64,000 bases of DNA, taken from Spirochaetota bacterium (GTDB lineage: Bacteria > Spirochaetota > UBA4802 > UBA5550). How positions within the stretch are numbered: position 1 is the stretch's first letter; each line of letters starts with the position of its first letter. Both the position numbers and the translations under genes were made by a program. The notes beneath the pieces are model-generated. The model made no database searches. It saw only the letters and a program-made list of their open reading frames with translations, and had not been told where the DNA came from. The stretch lies in contig JBGSQT010000021.1 in the NCBI GenBank assembly GCA_041737965.1, positions 2,959 to 66,958 on the forward strand, read 5' to 3'. Below are positions 56,408 through 64,000 of this stretch, piece after piece.

Positions 56408-57407
56408 TGATGGTACCTCCGTTCTTCAGATTCAGCACGGCTGATCTGATTTCTTCATTTTCTATGCTGTTGATTTCATCCAGGCTTGCGGTCAAGTGCT
56501 GATAGATGCCCCTTGTTCCGGTATCCGGGAACACCGATTCAGTACAGCCTATACAGCCGGATCCGCTTCCGGTACAGGAGTTCATTCCGTTCAGCCATTT
56601 CCTCTTTGGAATGTCGCATCCGGAATCCATGCCCAGGCAACCGAGGAGATACAGGCATCCCTCTTCCCCCCAGTGTCTCGCGAAACGTCCCCTGTTGTAA
56701 TCGTTAAGCCGTTCGCAATTGCTGTGAACCGTTTCACCGAAGAACATTTTCGGCCTGTTGTACTCGTCCAGTTCCGGAACGCCGTAGGCTATGTAATGCA
56801 CCAGGGTCCCCACCATCCATGCGGGATGGGGCGGGCAGCCAGGAACGTTTATGATCGTTTTTCCGGGAAGGATTTCGGAAAGGCTTTTCGCGCCTGTGGG
56901 ATTGGACCCGTCAGCACGAAGTTTTGCTCCCGGGATGCCGCCGAAGGCCGAGCAGGTGCCGACCGTGACAAGCGCCTTGGCGTTCCTTCCGAGGTCTTCG
57001 ATCCATTTTTTCGCCGGCACATGATGTCCGTGGACCATGCCGATCGTGCAGTATTCAGGCGCCAGTGTGGGAATGGAGCCTTCAACTATAAGAACGAAAT
57101 CGTCTCGGTTGTTCTCCACGGCTTCCTGCAGAACATCGATCGCCTTGTGGCCGGTGCCTCCCATAACTGTCTGGTGATAGTTGAGGCTGATCGTCTGGGT
57201 GATGACCGACGCGATGTCGGGATCGGTGCTGTTCAAAAGCGAAACGCTGCAGCCCGAGCAGGACTGCGCCTGGATCCATATTACCGGGACCCGCGCGGAG
57301 ACTTGCTGAAGCGCGCGCTTGCAACCGTCAAGAAATGCGGTGGGGACGGTGACGGCCGCGGCCGCTCCCCCCATGAGTTTTAAAAATTCTTTTCTGCTTA
57401 TTGACAT
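56400..57407 (-). CDS. [NiFe] hydrogenase small subunit, periplasmic (Tat-type signal, no C-terminal anchor)
   Basis: 335-aa ORF. Signal MSISRKEFLKLMGGAAAAVTVP (RK instead of the RR twin). Proximal-cluster motif WIQAQSCSGCSVSLLN. Further Cys ligands ..GTCSAFGGIP.., ..PGCPP.., ..CTGSGSGCIGC... Confidence 0.93.
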   Translation of the reverse strand: MSISRKEFLKLMGGAAAAVTVPTAFLDGCKRALQQVSARVPVIWIQAQSCSGCSVSLLNSTDPDIASVITQTISLNYHQTVMGGTGHKAIDVLQEAVENNRDDFVLIVEGSIPTLAPEYCTIGMVHGHHVPAKKWIEDLGRNAKALVTVGTCSAFGGIPGAKLRADGSNPTGAKSLSEILPGKTIINVPGCPPHPAWMVGTLVHYIAYGVPELDEYNRPKMFFGETVHSNCERLNDYNRGRFARHWGEEGCLYLLGCLGMDSGCDIPKRKWLNGMNSCTGSGSGCIGCTESVFPDTGTRGIYQHLTASLDEINSIENEEIRSAVLNLKNGGTING

Positions 57408-57422
57408 GGTAACCTCCAGTAT

Positions 57423-57878
57423 CTAAATAGTGGCGGCGCTGAGTATCAACTCAATGGCCCTGGGTACTGACCTCTTTACTGCGTCGCTCAAGTTGATGTC
57501 CATAGTCGTGATATTTTCCGGAACTATGCCGATGATTTCCACTTCGGGGCTGTGCCCCATAAGCTTCATCATGCCCAGTACTTCGGTAATGCCGCCTTCA
57601 TGCATTGAAAAGGCGCTTTTCACCGGCATTGCATGTTCAGGTTTGAATCGATATATGCTTCCCGGTTCGCTGTCGGCCTTAAGCGCGTCCACTATGATGA
57701 TCTTTTCTCGATCTTTCATCAGAGGAATAAGGTCGAATCCCGCAGTGCCTCCGTCGACAATCTCCACATCGTCCGGGAAAATCGTGTCCCCTGATGCGAT
57801 CTGGTTTACAATATGAACGCCGAGGCCTTCGTCGCTCTGCAGGATGTTTCCGATACCGAGAATCAGCTTTTTCTTCAT
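57423..57878 (-). CDS. hydrogenase maturation endopeptidase (HybD/HyaD/HynC family)
   Basis: 151-aa ORF. MKKKLILGIGNILQSDEGLGVHIV...VDGGTAG...IIVDAL... are hallmark motifs of the family. Confidence 0.9.
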   Translation of the reverse strand: MKKKLILGIGNILQSDEGLGVHIVNQIASGDTIFPDDVEIVDGGTAGFDLIPLMKDREKIIIVDALKADSEPGSIYRFKPEHAMPVKSAFSMHEGGITEVLGMMKLMGHSPEVEIIGIVPENITTMDINLSDAVKRSVPRAIELILSAATI

Positions 57879-57905
57879 CGTAAATATCGCGTATGCACAG
57901 TGCTA

Positions 57906-58331
57906 TTACAGCTTCTGCTGAACAGGCTCATGGCATTCCTGGCACATTGTAGGTCCCGCTTTTCTGGTAAGGTGACAACTCATACAGGCCGTATGCATAA
58001 CGTCCCTTCCCTGGGCACCTTTGTGACACTGTGCACACTGTTTGATCCGATTATCATTATTTACTTTGTGATGACATTCTTTACACTCGATATTCTTACT
58101 TTCATGAACCGAATGAGACATGGATACTGCCGTTACCTCGTTCTTGGTTTTCACAACACCGGCATTTACGTCAGCATCGGTAACCAGGGCATTGACATCG
58201 GTTACTTTTACGACATCGTTATGATGGGGATTGACATTTGCTGTAAAATCACCGCAACTTAACATTACCAGTGAGATGGAGAAGAGGCCCACAACTGCCA
58301 GTTCTCCCCTGAGCAGATGTTTGAATTTCAC
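57906..58331 (-). CDS. small tetraheme c-type cytochrome (c3/STC-like), possible lipoprotein
   Basis: 141-aa ORF. Four CxxCH motifs (CKECH, CAQCH, CMSCH, CQECH). Signal with lipobox-like VMLSCG. First gene of the hydrogenase operon. Confidence 0.88.
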   Translation of the reverse strand: MKFKHLLRGELAVVGLFSISLVMLSCGDFTANVNPHHNDVVKVTDVNALVTDADVNAGVVKTKNEVTAVSMSHSVHESKNIECKECHHKVNNDNRIKQCAQCHKGAQGRDVMHTACMSCHLTRKAGPTMCQECHEPVQQKL

Positions 58332-58532
58332 GAAATACCTCCCTAAAAATGAATATAAAGCTTAATGATGCAGTAGGATTTTATTGAGTTTTAATAATTG
58401 CATTATTTTTTACCGAAAAAGTGCTTTTGTCAATGGATTATGCATCTTTTTATAAAATTTTAAAAGAGCTTATTAATTCGTCCATGTTATCGGTTTAAAT
58501 ATTCAGGATAAGGCTTTTTTTGTAAATAACTT

Positions 58533-59069
58533 TTATTCCTTATTTATTCTTTGTATTGAAATATTTTTCGGAATCGGGGAATTGAGGCTCTTCCATCCGT
58601 TAAGCATTATTGACATGGCCATTTTATTGTACCAACCGGGCAGTCTGCCGGGTTGGGCGATTCTGAGGAACCCCGCAAGGACAATGAGTTCCATTGTGGT
58701 CGCCCCGGCGGTGGCTTCGTTGGAGCGTATTTCCAGCCGCTCGCGCCTTGAGAGCGATCGGGGGATAATCATCGACATGCCGACGTCCCAATCCAGTTCC
58801 TGCAAAGATACGAGGTCCTTTCTTGAAAGACCGCCGGATCGGACAAGTCCCCTCGAAATAATAATGGTACGCTTTGTGAGCCCCAGTTTAAGCGCCACCC
58901 GATAGGAAAAAGTGGTGATATCCTTGGGAACGCCTGAGGCGAAATAACAATTTCCTCTCCGGCGAAATAGACCCTTCAGCCTCAATGAGCCGGCGCACCG
59001 GTTCGGAATCGGAACCCAGCGGTCCGAGGGATCGGTTTTATCCATTGGAATGATTTTTTTTAATGACAC
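58533..59069 (-). CDS. hypothetical protein
   Basis: 178-aa ORF, basic, with one hydrophobic segment (MELIVLAGFLRIA). No motif recognised. The antisense alternative 58582..58905 is less protein-like. Confidence 0.4.
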   Translation of the reverse strand: MSLKKIIPMDKTDPSDRWVPIPNRCAGSLRLKGLFRRRGNCYFASGVPKDITTFSYRVALKLGLTKRTIIISRGLVRSGGLSRKDLVSLQELDWDVGMSMIIPRSLSRRERLEIRSNEATAGATTMELIVLAGFLRIAQPGRLPGWYNKMAMSIMLNGWKSLNSPIPKNISIQRINKE

Positions 59070-59289
59070 CGGTCGGGATTTTAATCCTCTTTTTGAAAAA
59101 TCATATGTCCGTTATATTGTTCTTGACCTCGCGGAAGCGCAAGCTATATTTTCATATAACGGGAAAAGGGAAGGGGAGATTGTTATCTCCAATCAGCCCT
59201 GACGGACACACAATGTGTTCTTGCCGGCCTGAAGTGTCAGAAAAAACATTGACATGATTGAGCCCCCTCTGTAGCGTGTGCATACCATT

Positions 59290-59364
59290 CGGGGTGTGGC
59301 TCAGTCCGGTTAGAGCGCGTGGTTTGGGACCATGAGGTCGGAGGTTCGAATCCTCTCACCCCGA
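59290..59364 (+). tRNA. tRNA-Pro (anticodon UGG)
   Basis: Acceptor CGGGGTG/CACCCCG, anticodon stem CGTGG/CCATG with loop TTTGGGA, T arm GGAGG-TTCGAAT-CCTCT, discriminator A. Confidence 0.9.
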
Positions 59365-59369
59365 AAAAT

Positions 59370-59443
59370 GCGCCAGTAGCTCAGCTGGATAGAGCAACGG
59401 CCTTCTAAGCCGTAGGTCACTGGTTCGAGTCCAGTCTGGCGTG
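59370..59443 (+). tRNA. tRNA-Arg (anticodon UCU)
   Basis: Acceptor GCGCCAG/CTGGCGT (G1-U72 wobble), D arm GCTC-AGCTGGATA-GAGC, anticodon stem ACGGC/GCCGT with loop CTTCTAA, T arm ACTGG-TTCGAGT-CCAGT. Lies 5 nt after tRNA-Pro. Confidence 0.88.
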
Positions 59444-59448
59444 CATGT

Positions 59449-59473
59449 CCCCGGAGTATCACGGGGTTTTTTT
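59449..59473 (+). terminator. rho-independent terminator after tRNA-Pro/Arg pair
   Basis: CCCCG (59449-59453), 8-nt loop, CGGGG (59462-59466), T7 run 59467-59473. Confidence 0.7.
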
Positions 59474-59536
59474 ATCGCATTTCTGTGCACTATCCGGATA
59501 GTGTACCCGGATATCCGTTATTTTGAGGAGCCAGAC

Positions 59537-59731
59537 ATGAGACGAAAAGAAATGGAACAGTTCATCCAGGATATCATCAATAAAGTCGAAGTTGTTGAAT
59601 ATGTGGATTCAACCGAAGAGGGGAATATCTATATCGACTCCTTTGCGAAACAGTTTCTGAAAGAGTACAGCGGAATTGTGTCCAGGGAGAAGATGAAAGA
59701 ACTGACCGCTTTTATAAAGAAATTAGTGTAA
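59537..59731 (+). CDS. small hypothetical protein
   Basis: Internal ATG of ORF 59441..59731 with a GAGGAG RBS 6 nt upstream. 64 aa: MRRKEMEQFIQDIINKVEVVEYVDSTEEGNIYIDSF... Confidence 0.5.
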   Translation: MRRKEMEQFIQDIINKVEVVEYVDSTEEGNIYIDSFAKQFLKEYSGIVSREKMKELTAFIKKLV

Positions 59732-59761
59732 TGTGGCCGCTTAACCCTGCGATTATGTGCG

Positions 59762-59998
59762 TTATGTATCTTCAGATTTTCTTCCATGCTGAATAGTCTC
59801 GCGTTTTTTCCCGGACATCATGGCTGAAGTGAAAAATCCCGCCGCGAATCCCAGGGCCAACAGGATATAGAACAGCAGGATAAGGGATATCCCGAAGTCC
59901 CAGAATAAAAAATCAACACGGATTGAATCCATGTTTTGAAGTGAGATGATCCCCAGGAATACTATCGCAGCAATAATGGCGATCTGTTTCGGTTTCAT
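59762..59998 (-). CDS. LapA-domain (DUF1049) small membrane protein
   Basis: 78-aa ORF. Two TM helices with ..LQNMDSIRVDFLFWDFGISLILL.. typical of the lipopolysaccharide assembly protein A domain. Confidence 0.7.
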   Translation of the reverse strand: MKPKQIAIIAAIVFLGIISLQNMDSIRVDFLFWDFGISLILLFYILLALGFAAGFFTSAMMSGKKRETIQHGRKSEDT

Positions 59999-60027
59999 TC
60001 GGTTTTCTCCCTTTATATGATTTGGCG

Positions 60028-60405
60028 TTATTCGTGCTGTTTCGGCACCAGGCAGAGGATTCTCATCGCGGAATCTTCCGCGGTTTCCATGTGATGCTGT
60101 TCCATGGCAGGGATAAACACCGCGGAACCGGATTTCATCGGATACCGTGAGTTTTCCGTCACCAGGACTCCGGTTCCCTCCAGGACGAATATTTCATGCT
60201 CGAAATCATGCCGGTGGGAAGGGGTCATGCCGCCGGGTTCCACCGTGAACATTCTCATGGAAAACAGCGGTACCCCGTCGCTGCTTCCCAGAAGGAGCCG
60301 CTTGGTTGTGCCGATAGCCCCGTCAATCTCGACTTTTATTTCTTCAATTTCTGAAAAGTGTCTTATTATGGCCATGGTGCTCCCCGTCAGTGAGGTTAAC
60401 GTCAT
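60028..60405 (-). CDS. cupin-domain protein
   Basis: 125-aa ORF. Cupin metal motif PGGMTPSHRHDFEHEIFVLEGTG ... and a second motif ..GSAVFIPAMEQHHM... Confidence 0.8.
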   Translation of the reverse strand: MTLTSLTGSTMAIIRHFSEIEEIKVEIDGAIGTTKRLLLGSSDGVPLFSMRMFTVEPGGMTPSHRHDFEHEIFVLEGTGVLVTENSRYPMKSGSAVFIPAMEQHHMETAEDSAMRILCLVPKQHE

Positions 60406-60476
60406 CTATTAATGAAAATAGCAACGCAATGTATCTCGGTCAATATAAAAACCGGGATGTCCCATAAATGACGTTG

Positions 60477-60773
60477 TTATCGTTCCGACGGTGTCCGCTG
60501 TTTTTCGCAAAATTTCAAACACTGGCGGTATTTTGCCGTGCAGTAGTCGGTGGAGAGGTCAAGGGAATTATTCATGTCCCTGGTGACAAAGGAGAAGGTG
60601 ATATGCCCTGAGTCTGAACGGACCTCTTCGCTGCAGTCCTTGTAATTGTACCTGCATCGTTCGGCGCAGGGTATTTCATCGATGCTGCGGACCATGCCGC
60701 ATGAAGCGAAATGCAGCAGAACCACCGCCGCGGCGGCAAGGGGCATCCGGATTTTCATGCGGTGTATGCTCAT
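60477..60773 (-). CDS. small Cys-rich lipoprotein (hypothetical)
   Basis: 98-aa ORF. Signal ..PLAAAAVVLLHFASCG (lipobox). Mature part has 6 further Cys. Confidence 0.55.
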   Translation of the reverse strand: MSIHRMKIRMPLAAAAVVLLHFASCGMVRSIDEIPCAERCRYNYKDCSEEVRSDSGHITFSFVTRDMNNSLDLSTDYCTAKYRQCLKFCEKQRTPSER

Positions 60774-60776
60774 TTT

Positions 60777-61103
60777 TTATGAGGCTATTGATATTCTGTA
60801 GGTCGTCGCGTCTTCGTCCACGGTCACCTTGATGTTGGTTAGGAACGCCTGTTCAAGCTCGTATTCGAATGAATGGACCCACCGGTCAAATTTCATATTT
60901 TCAAAATGCATTTTGGCGATATGAAGCTCCATTATAAAGGGACCGTTTATCAATGTGCAGGAAATCTCCGCCCCCGTTTTGTCTTTGAACGTGACAGTGT
61001 AGGAATTGTTCCTTTCCCTGTTTTCAGTCAGGTCGAAATCCGGGACAATGTCCATAATCCGCCCGAATATCAGCAGTACCTTTCGAAATTCAAGCTGGGG
61101 CAT
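60777..61103 (-). CDS. hypothetical protein
   Basis: 108-aa ORF, globular composition. Overlaps the PilZ gene end by 14 nt and ends 3 nt before the next gene, so it is probably in the same operon. Confidence 0.5.
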   Translation of the reverse strand: MPQLEFRKVLLIFGRIMDIVPDFDLTENRERNNSYTVTFKDKTGAEISCTLINGPFIMELHIAKMHFENMKFDRWVHSFEYELEQAFLTNIKVTVDEDATTYRISIAS

Positions 61104-61593
61104 GATTGCCTTTCGCGGGCCGCTGCTCCCGCTCCCTTTTGAAAAATTTTTCCATTTCCTGCTGCGCGTAAATCATGATGTTCCGTAAGGTGATGATTCC
61201 GTCAAGTTCAAGCTGACGGAACTGGACCGCGAGTCCCGTGGCGTCGTTTCGCCGGATGATCCCCTTGAGCGGAATATGGAGGTTTTTTTCCGGACCGCCG
61301 AGCTGAAGCGTGATCTCCACTGTCGTCCCCGGCTCACAGCGATCGGGTGTCCGCATGTACATTCCTGAAAGGCTGAGGTCCCGCACATCGCCGGCGATCG
61401 AACCGCAACCTTTGCTGATTTCCGCCTTGGTTTTAAGGGAGACACGGGTGCTCTTTCGCTTATCCATGGGACCATGTGCGTATGGAATCAGGTGAAAATC
61501 AAGTACAAAACGATCGAGAATCCCCCATGCCGAAGACATTTCATCGAGTGCCCTTAGGCTCTCTATAAAAAATGTTGACATCAAAAAGGTCAC
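61090..61593 (-). CDS. PilZ-domain protein
   Basis: KRKSTRVSLKTKAEI (RxxxR-like) ... GDVRDLSLSGMYM (D/NxSxxG). Start uncertain (ATG 61593 or 61467). Confidence 0.75.
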   Translation of the reverse strand: MTFLMSTFFIESLRALDEMSSAWGILDRFVLDFHLIPYAHGPMDKRKSTRVSLKTKAEISKGCGSIAGDVRDLSLSGMYMRTPDRCEPGTTVEITLQLGGPEKNLHIPLKGIIRRNDATGLAVQFRQLELDGIITLRNIMIYAQQEMEKFFKREREQRPAKGNHAPA

Positions 61594-61631
61594 CGCTAAT
61601 GTAGTCTCGTTTCACGGACCTTTACGGTTTT

Positions 61632-61705
61632 GGTGGCTGTAGCTCAGTTGGTAGAGCCCTGGATTGTGGCTCCAGTGGTCGCGGGTTCAAGTCCCGTCAG
61701 CCACC
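61632..61705 (+). tRNA. tRNA-His (anticodon GUG) with encoded G-1
   Basis: Extra 5' G (G-1) opposite discriminator C73. Acceptor GTGGCTG/CAGCCAC, anticodon stem CTGGA/TCCAG with loop TTGTGGC, T arm GCGGG-TTCAAGT-CCCGT. Confidence 0.9.
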
Positions 61706-61808
61706 CATTCCGCATTCACCCTCCGGTCCCGGCGCGAAAGGCCAACGCCGCGGCTGAAACAATCTTAAGAGAACACGATTTCCAATTTATTAAAAGGATA
61801 TTTCTCCC

Positions 61809-62237
61809 ATGGATGAACAGACCCTTCTGAATTTTGAACGCATCTGCTGTTCCATCCGGAACAACACGCCGGCGCGGTATAAATGGCAGTGGGACGAACG
61901 GTTCCATGTCGCCCTTATCGCCTTTGATAAAGAGGACATGGAGACGATATTCTCCGCGGTCATAGGCGGGTTCATGGAGCAGTGGGACGTAAAAACAATC
62001 GCCAAAGCATCGAAGTCGGTACGGAGGATTGTGAAGGACATTTTCGATATCAAACCCGGCCAGATTATCTTTGCCGCCGACGAATCCGTGCATTCCGTGC
62101 TCCTGGGCGCCTGGTGGCCCTGGGCGGATGGCACCATTATATCACTCCGCATTGGCATGTTTCCTGCAGGGAAAGACGCTCTGGACCCCGAGGAGTCGAA
62201 AAACGCGCTTGTCCGGTGGTTTGGCATAGAATTGTAG
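61809..62237 (+). CDS. hypothetical protein
   Basis: 142-aa ORF with a protein-like sequence (..FMEQWDVKTIAKASKSVRRIVKDIFDIKPGQIIFAADE..). The two overlapping minus-strand ORFs are Arg/Pro-rich shadows. Confidence 0.55.
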   Translation: MDEQTLLNFERICCSIRNNTPARYKWQWDERFHVALIAFDKEDMETIFSAVIGGFMEQWDVKTIAKASKSVRRIVKDIFDIKPGQIIFAADESVHSVLLGAWWPWADGTIISLRIGMFPAGKDALDPEESKNALVRWFGIEL

Positions 62238-62310
62238 CACCTCATTTTTCGGTATTTTTTATTCCGCAGTAATTTATTCTCTATCGGCATAAAACCCCGG
62301 CTCCTCTTTT

Positions 62311-63504
62311 TTGAAAAACTACTTGCAATTATTGCATGCAATAATTAGAATATTTAAAGAAATGGTTTCCCCGATGAGTACCGCGTTATTTACCCGCTAT
62401 CCTCTCTCCGGCAGATACTGCCCGAACCGCTTTGCGGCCCAGGCAATGGAGATAAACTCGGCCGATGAGGGCGGCAGGGCCGGGGACGCGGTTCTGGACA
62501 GGTACCGTCAGCTTGCCCGGGGAGCCTGGGGCCTGGTTTTTTCCGAGGCGGTGGCGGTAGACGCCGGCGCCCTGGCGCGCCTCCATGGTCTGGTGCTTGA
62601 CAGGGGCTCGCTGGACAGCTTTAAACGGCTGGTCGGTGCATTCAAACGCATCAATGAAAAATCGCCCTTTATTATACAGCTGAATCATCCAGGAAGGAAC
62701 AATTACGACACTGCGAAGAGAATAAAGGCGTTTCACGACGGGCTTGACGATGTTCCGGTGGCAGCGGAACATGAAATAGACCGGATCCGGGAAGCATTTG
62801 TCGGTGCCGCGGCACTGGCATTTGAGGCCGGGGCAGACGGGGTGGACATAAAGGCGTGCCACGGTTATTTCGGCGGAGAGCTTCTTCGTCCTGCCAATTC
62901 CAGGAGCGACCGGTACGGCGGTTCAAGGGAAGGGCGGGCGTTTTTCCTCTCGTCAGTTATCGGCGAAGTGAAATCGCGGTTTCCCCGCCGTATCGTCGGG
63001 TCCAGGATATCTCTCTATGAGGGGATCCGGGGCGGCTGCGGCACCTCCTCTCCCGATGAGCTGATTGAGGATTTGGACGATATGATCGCCCTCCTTAAAA
63101 TAATCGCCGGGGCGGGGGCGGATTTTTTCAACGTCTCCGCCGGCATTCCGGTTTTGACGCCGATGCTGACCCGTCCCGAGGCGAAGTCATCCCTGCTTAT
63201 GCTGGACCATTTTCGGTACACCAAAACGGTGAAGCGGGAATTTCCCGGTATCGCGGTGATCGGATCCGCCTACAGCGCGGGAACCAGGGGATCGCAGGCA
63301 CTGGCAGAGGACAACGTTGCCAGAGGGTACGCTGATTTTGCGGGATTCGGCAGGCAGAACCTGGCTGACCCCTTGTTTCCAGAAAAGGCGGCGACGGCGC
63401 CAGAACGCATCGATTACTGCACCCTGTGCGGCGGGTGTTCCCGGCTTTTAAAAGAACAGAAACGGGTATTCTGCACCGTATACCGCAGGAACGGGGGCGC
63501 GTAA
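62311..63504 (+). CDS. Old-Yellow-Enzyme-like NADH:flavin oxidoreductase (TIM barrel)
   Basis: 397-aa ORF (start may be 62362 or 62374). ..IQLNHPGR.., ..GADGVDIKACHGYFGGELLRPANSRSDRYGGSREGRAFF.. match Oxidored_FMN motifs. Confidence 0.8.
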   Translation: MKNYLQLLHAIIRIFKEMVSPMSTALFTRYPLSGRYCPNRFAAQAMEINSADEGGRAGDAVLDRYRQLARGAWGLVFSEAVAVDAGALARLHGLVLDRGSLDSFKRLVGAFKRINEKSPFIIQLNHPGRNNYDTAKRIKAFHDGLDDVPVAAEHEIDRIREAFVGAAALAFEAGADGVDIKACHGYFGGELLRPANSRSDRYGGSREGRAFFLSSVIGEVKSRFPRRIVGSRISLYEGIRGGCGTSSPDELIEDLDDMIALLKIIAGAGADFFNVSAGIPVLTPMLTRPEAKSSLLMLDHFRYTKTVKREFPGIAVIGSAYSAGTRGSQALAEDNVARGYADFAGFGRQNLADPLFPEKAATAPERIDYCTLCGGCSRLLKEQKRVFCTVYRRNGGA

Positions 63505-64000
63505 ATGGCAGGGGCGACTCCGAAGACGCTCGACGATATCGCCGCATACTGCGGGGTATCGGCAAGCACCGTATCCCGGGTGCTGAACAACGAACCGGGC
63601 ATATCCGAATCCACCAGGGAAAGGGTTCTCGCCGCCGCGGAGACCCACCGGTTTACCCACCAGAGAAGAAAAAAGCAGGAGGGGCGGGCCAATATCCGCA
63701 TTACCGTGGTGATCCCGGACAGGGAGATGACCCGTAACAACCCATTCTATGAAATGACCGACATTCTCGGCGCCATCAACGGCACCTTTTCTGAAAAAAA
63801 ACGGATAGAGGTCGTCACATTCCCGGATTTCGAGGAGGGGATATTCGGCGATTCATTTCACGCTGACGGGATCATTCTGGCCTTCGGGTCCATCGGGGCC
63901 GACGCCGTGTATCGCCTCCGTGAGCGAGAAATCCCCCACGTGTTTCTGAACCGGACCCCCGAGGGCGGAAATTATGTGAGCTGCAACCACGTAAAGGGGA
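63505..64000 (+). CDS. LacI-family transcriptional regulator, 3' end beyond window
   Basis: Not in track (no stop before the edge). Hand translation from ATG 63505: MAGATPKTLDDIAAYCGVSASTVSRVLNNEPGISESTRERVLAAAETHRF... (LacI HTH), followed by the start of a periplasmic-binding-like domain. No stop through 64000. Confidence 0.85.
   Translation, partial: MAGATPKTLDDIAAYCGVSASTVSRVLNNEPGISESTRERVLAAAETHRFTHQRRKKQEGRANIRITVVIPDREMTRNNPFYEMTDILGAINGTFSEKKRIEVVTFPDFEEGIFGDSFHADGIILAFGSIGADAVYRLREREIPHVFLNRTPEGGNYVSCNHVKG

Noticed and set aside
56496-57383. 295-aa plus-strand ORF
   Set aside because: Antisense to the hydrogenase small subunit, which has Tat signal and Fe-S Cys motifs.
61716-62341. 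Minus-strand ORFs 61716..62093 and 61790..62341
   Set aside because: They overlap each other and the more protein-like plus-strand ORF 61809..62237. No motifs.

Overview
This 64-kb window comes from a GC-rich bacterial chromosome. Hand-counted 60-nt lines give about 65% GC in core genes and about 30% in the central island. Gene content looks anaerobic: a periplasmic [NiFe] hydrogenase, a tetraheme cytochrome and several Fe-S proteins. A Desulfobacterota- or spirochaete-like lineage is only an impression and cannot be established from the sequence. (1) 1-14.1 kb, minus strand: one tightly coupled envelope operon. In transcription order it encodes a TPR lipoprotein, a lipobox protein, a TolC-like protein, a membrane-fusion protein, two tandem RND permeases and two Ig-like lipoproteins. 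REP-like palindromic elements (GTCATTCCCGC-N4-GCGGGAAT) sit in frame inside three of these genes, including a ~130-codon insertion in one RND permease. (2) 14.6-27.7 kb: a 1168-aa transglutaminase-like secreted protein, a secreted hypothetical, a MacB/Lol-like cluster (ABC ATPase, two FtsX-type permeases, a LolA-like protein and a beta-barrel protein), a small Cys-rich protein and a DMT transporter. (3) 28.1-44.8 kb: an AT-rich mosaic island ending next to tRNA-Thr. It carries a TlpA-like thioredoxin and two paralogous lipoproteins with Cys-less FGE/SUMF1-like domains. It also carries a Type I R-M system (hsdR, a GxxExxY cassette, hsdM, hsdS). Downstream lie three uncharacterised genes, which are my best candidate for an undescribed defence module: an unknown protein, a PD-(D/E)xK-like protein, and a PLD-HKD nuclease fused to an SF3/D5-like NTPase. 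The island ends with an IS3-OrfA fragment and a truncated HepT. (4) 45-64 kb: a family III CoA-transferase, a nucleotidyltransferase-like/phosphorylase-like gene pair, a polyferredoxin-like protein, a tandem-RHH protein in a small AT-rich islet, a thioesterase, an NCS2 permease and a REC-PAS-HD-GYP regulator. These are followed by a cytochrome/protease/small/large [NiFe] hydrogenase operon, tRNA-Pro, tRNA-Arg and tRNA-His, small envelope and PilZ genes, an OYE-like flavoenzyme and a partial LacI regulator. I saw no rRNA, CRISPR array, intact transposase or integrase. Many long ORFs in the track are antisense shadows of GC-rich genes and are rejected.
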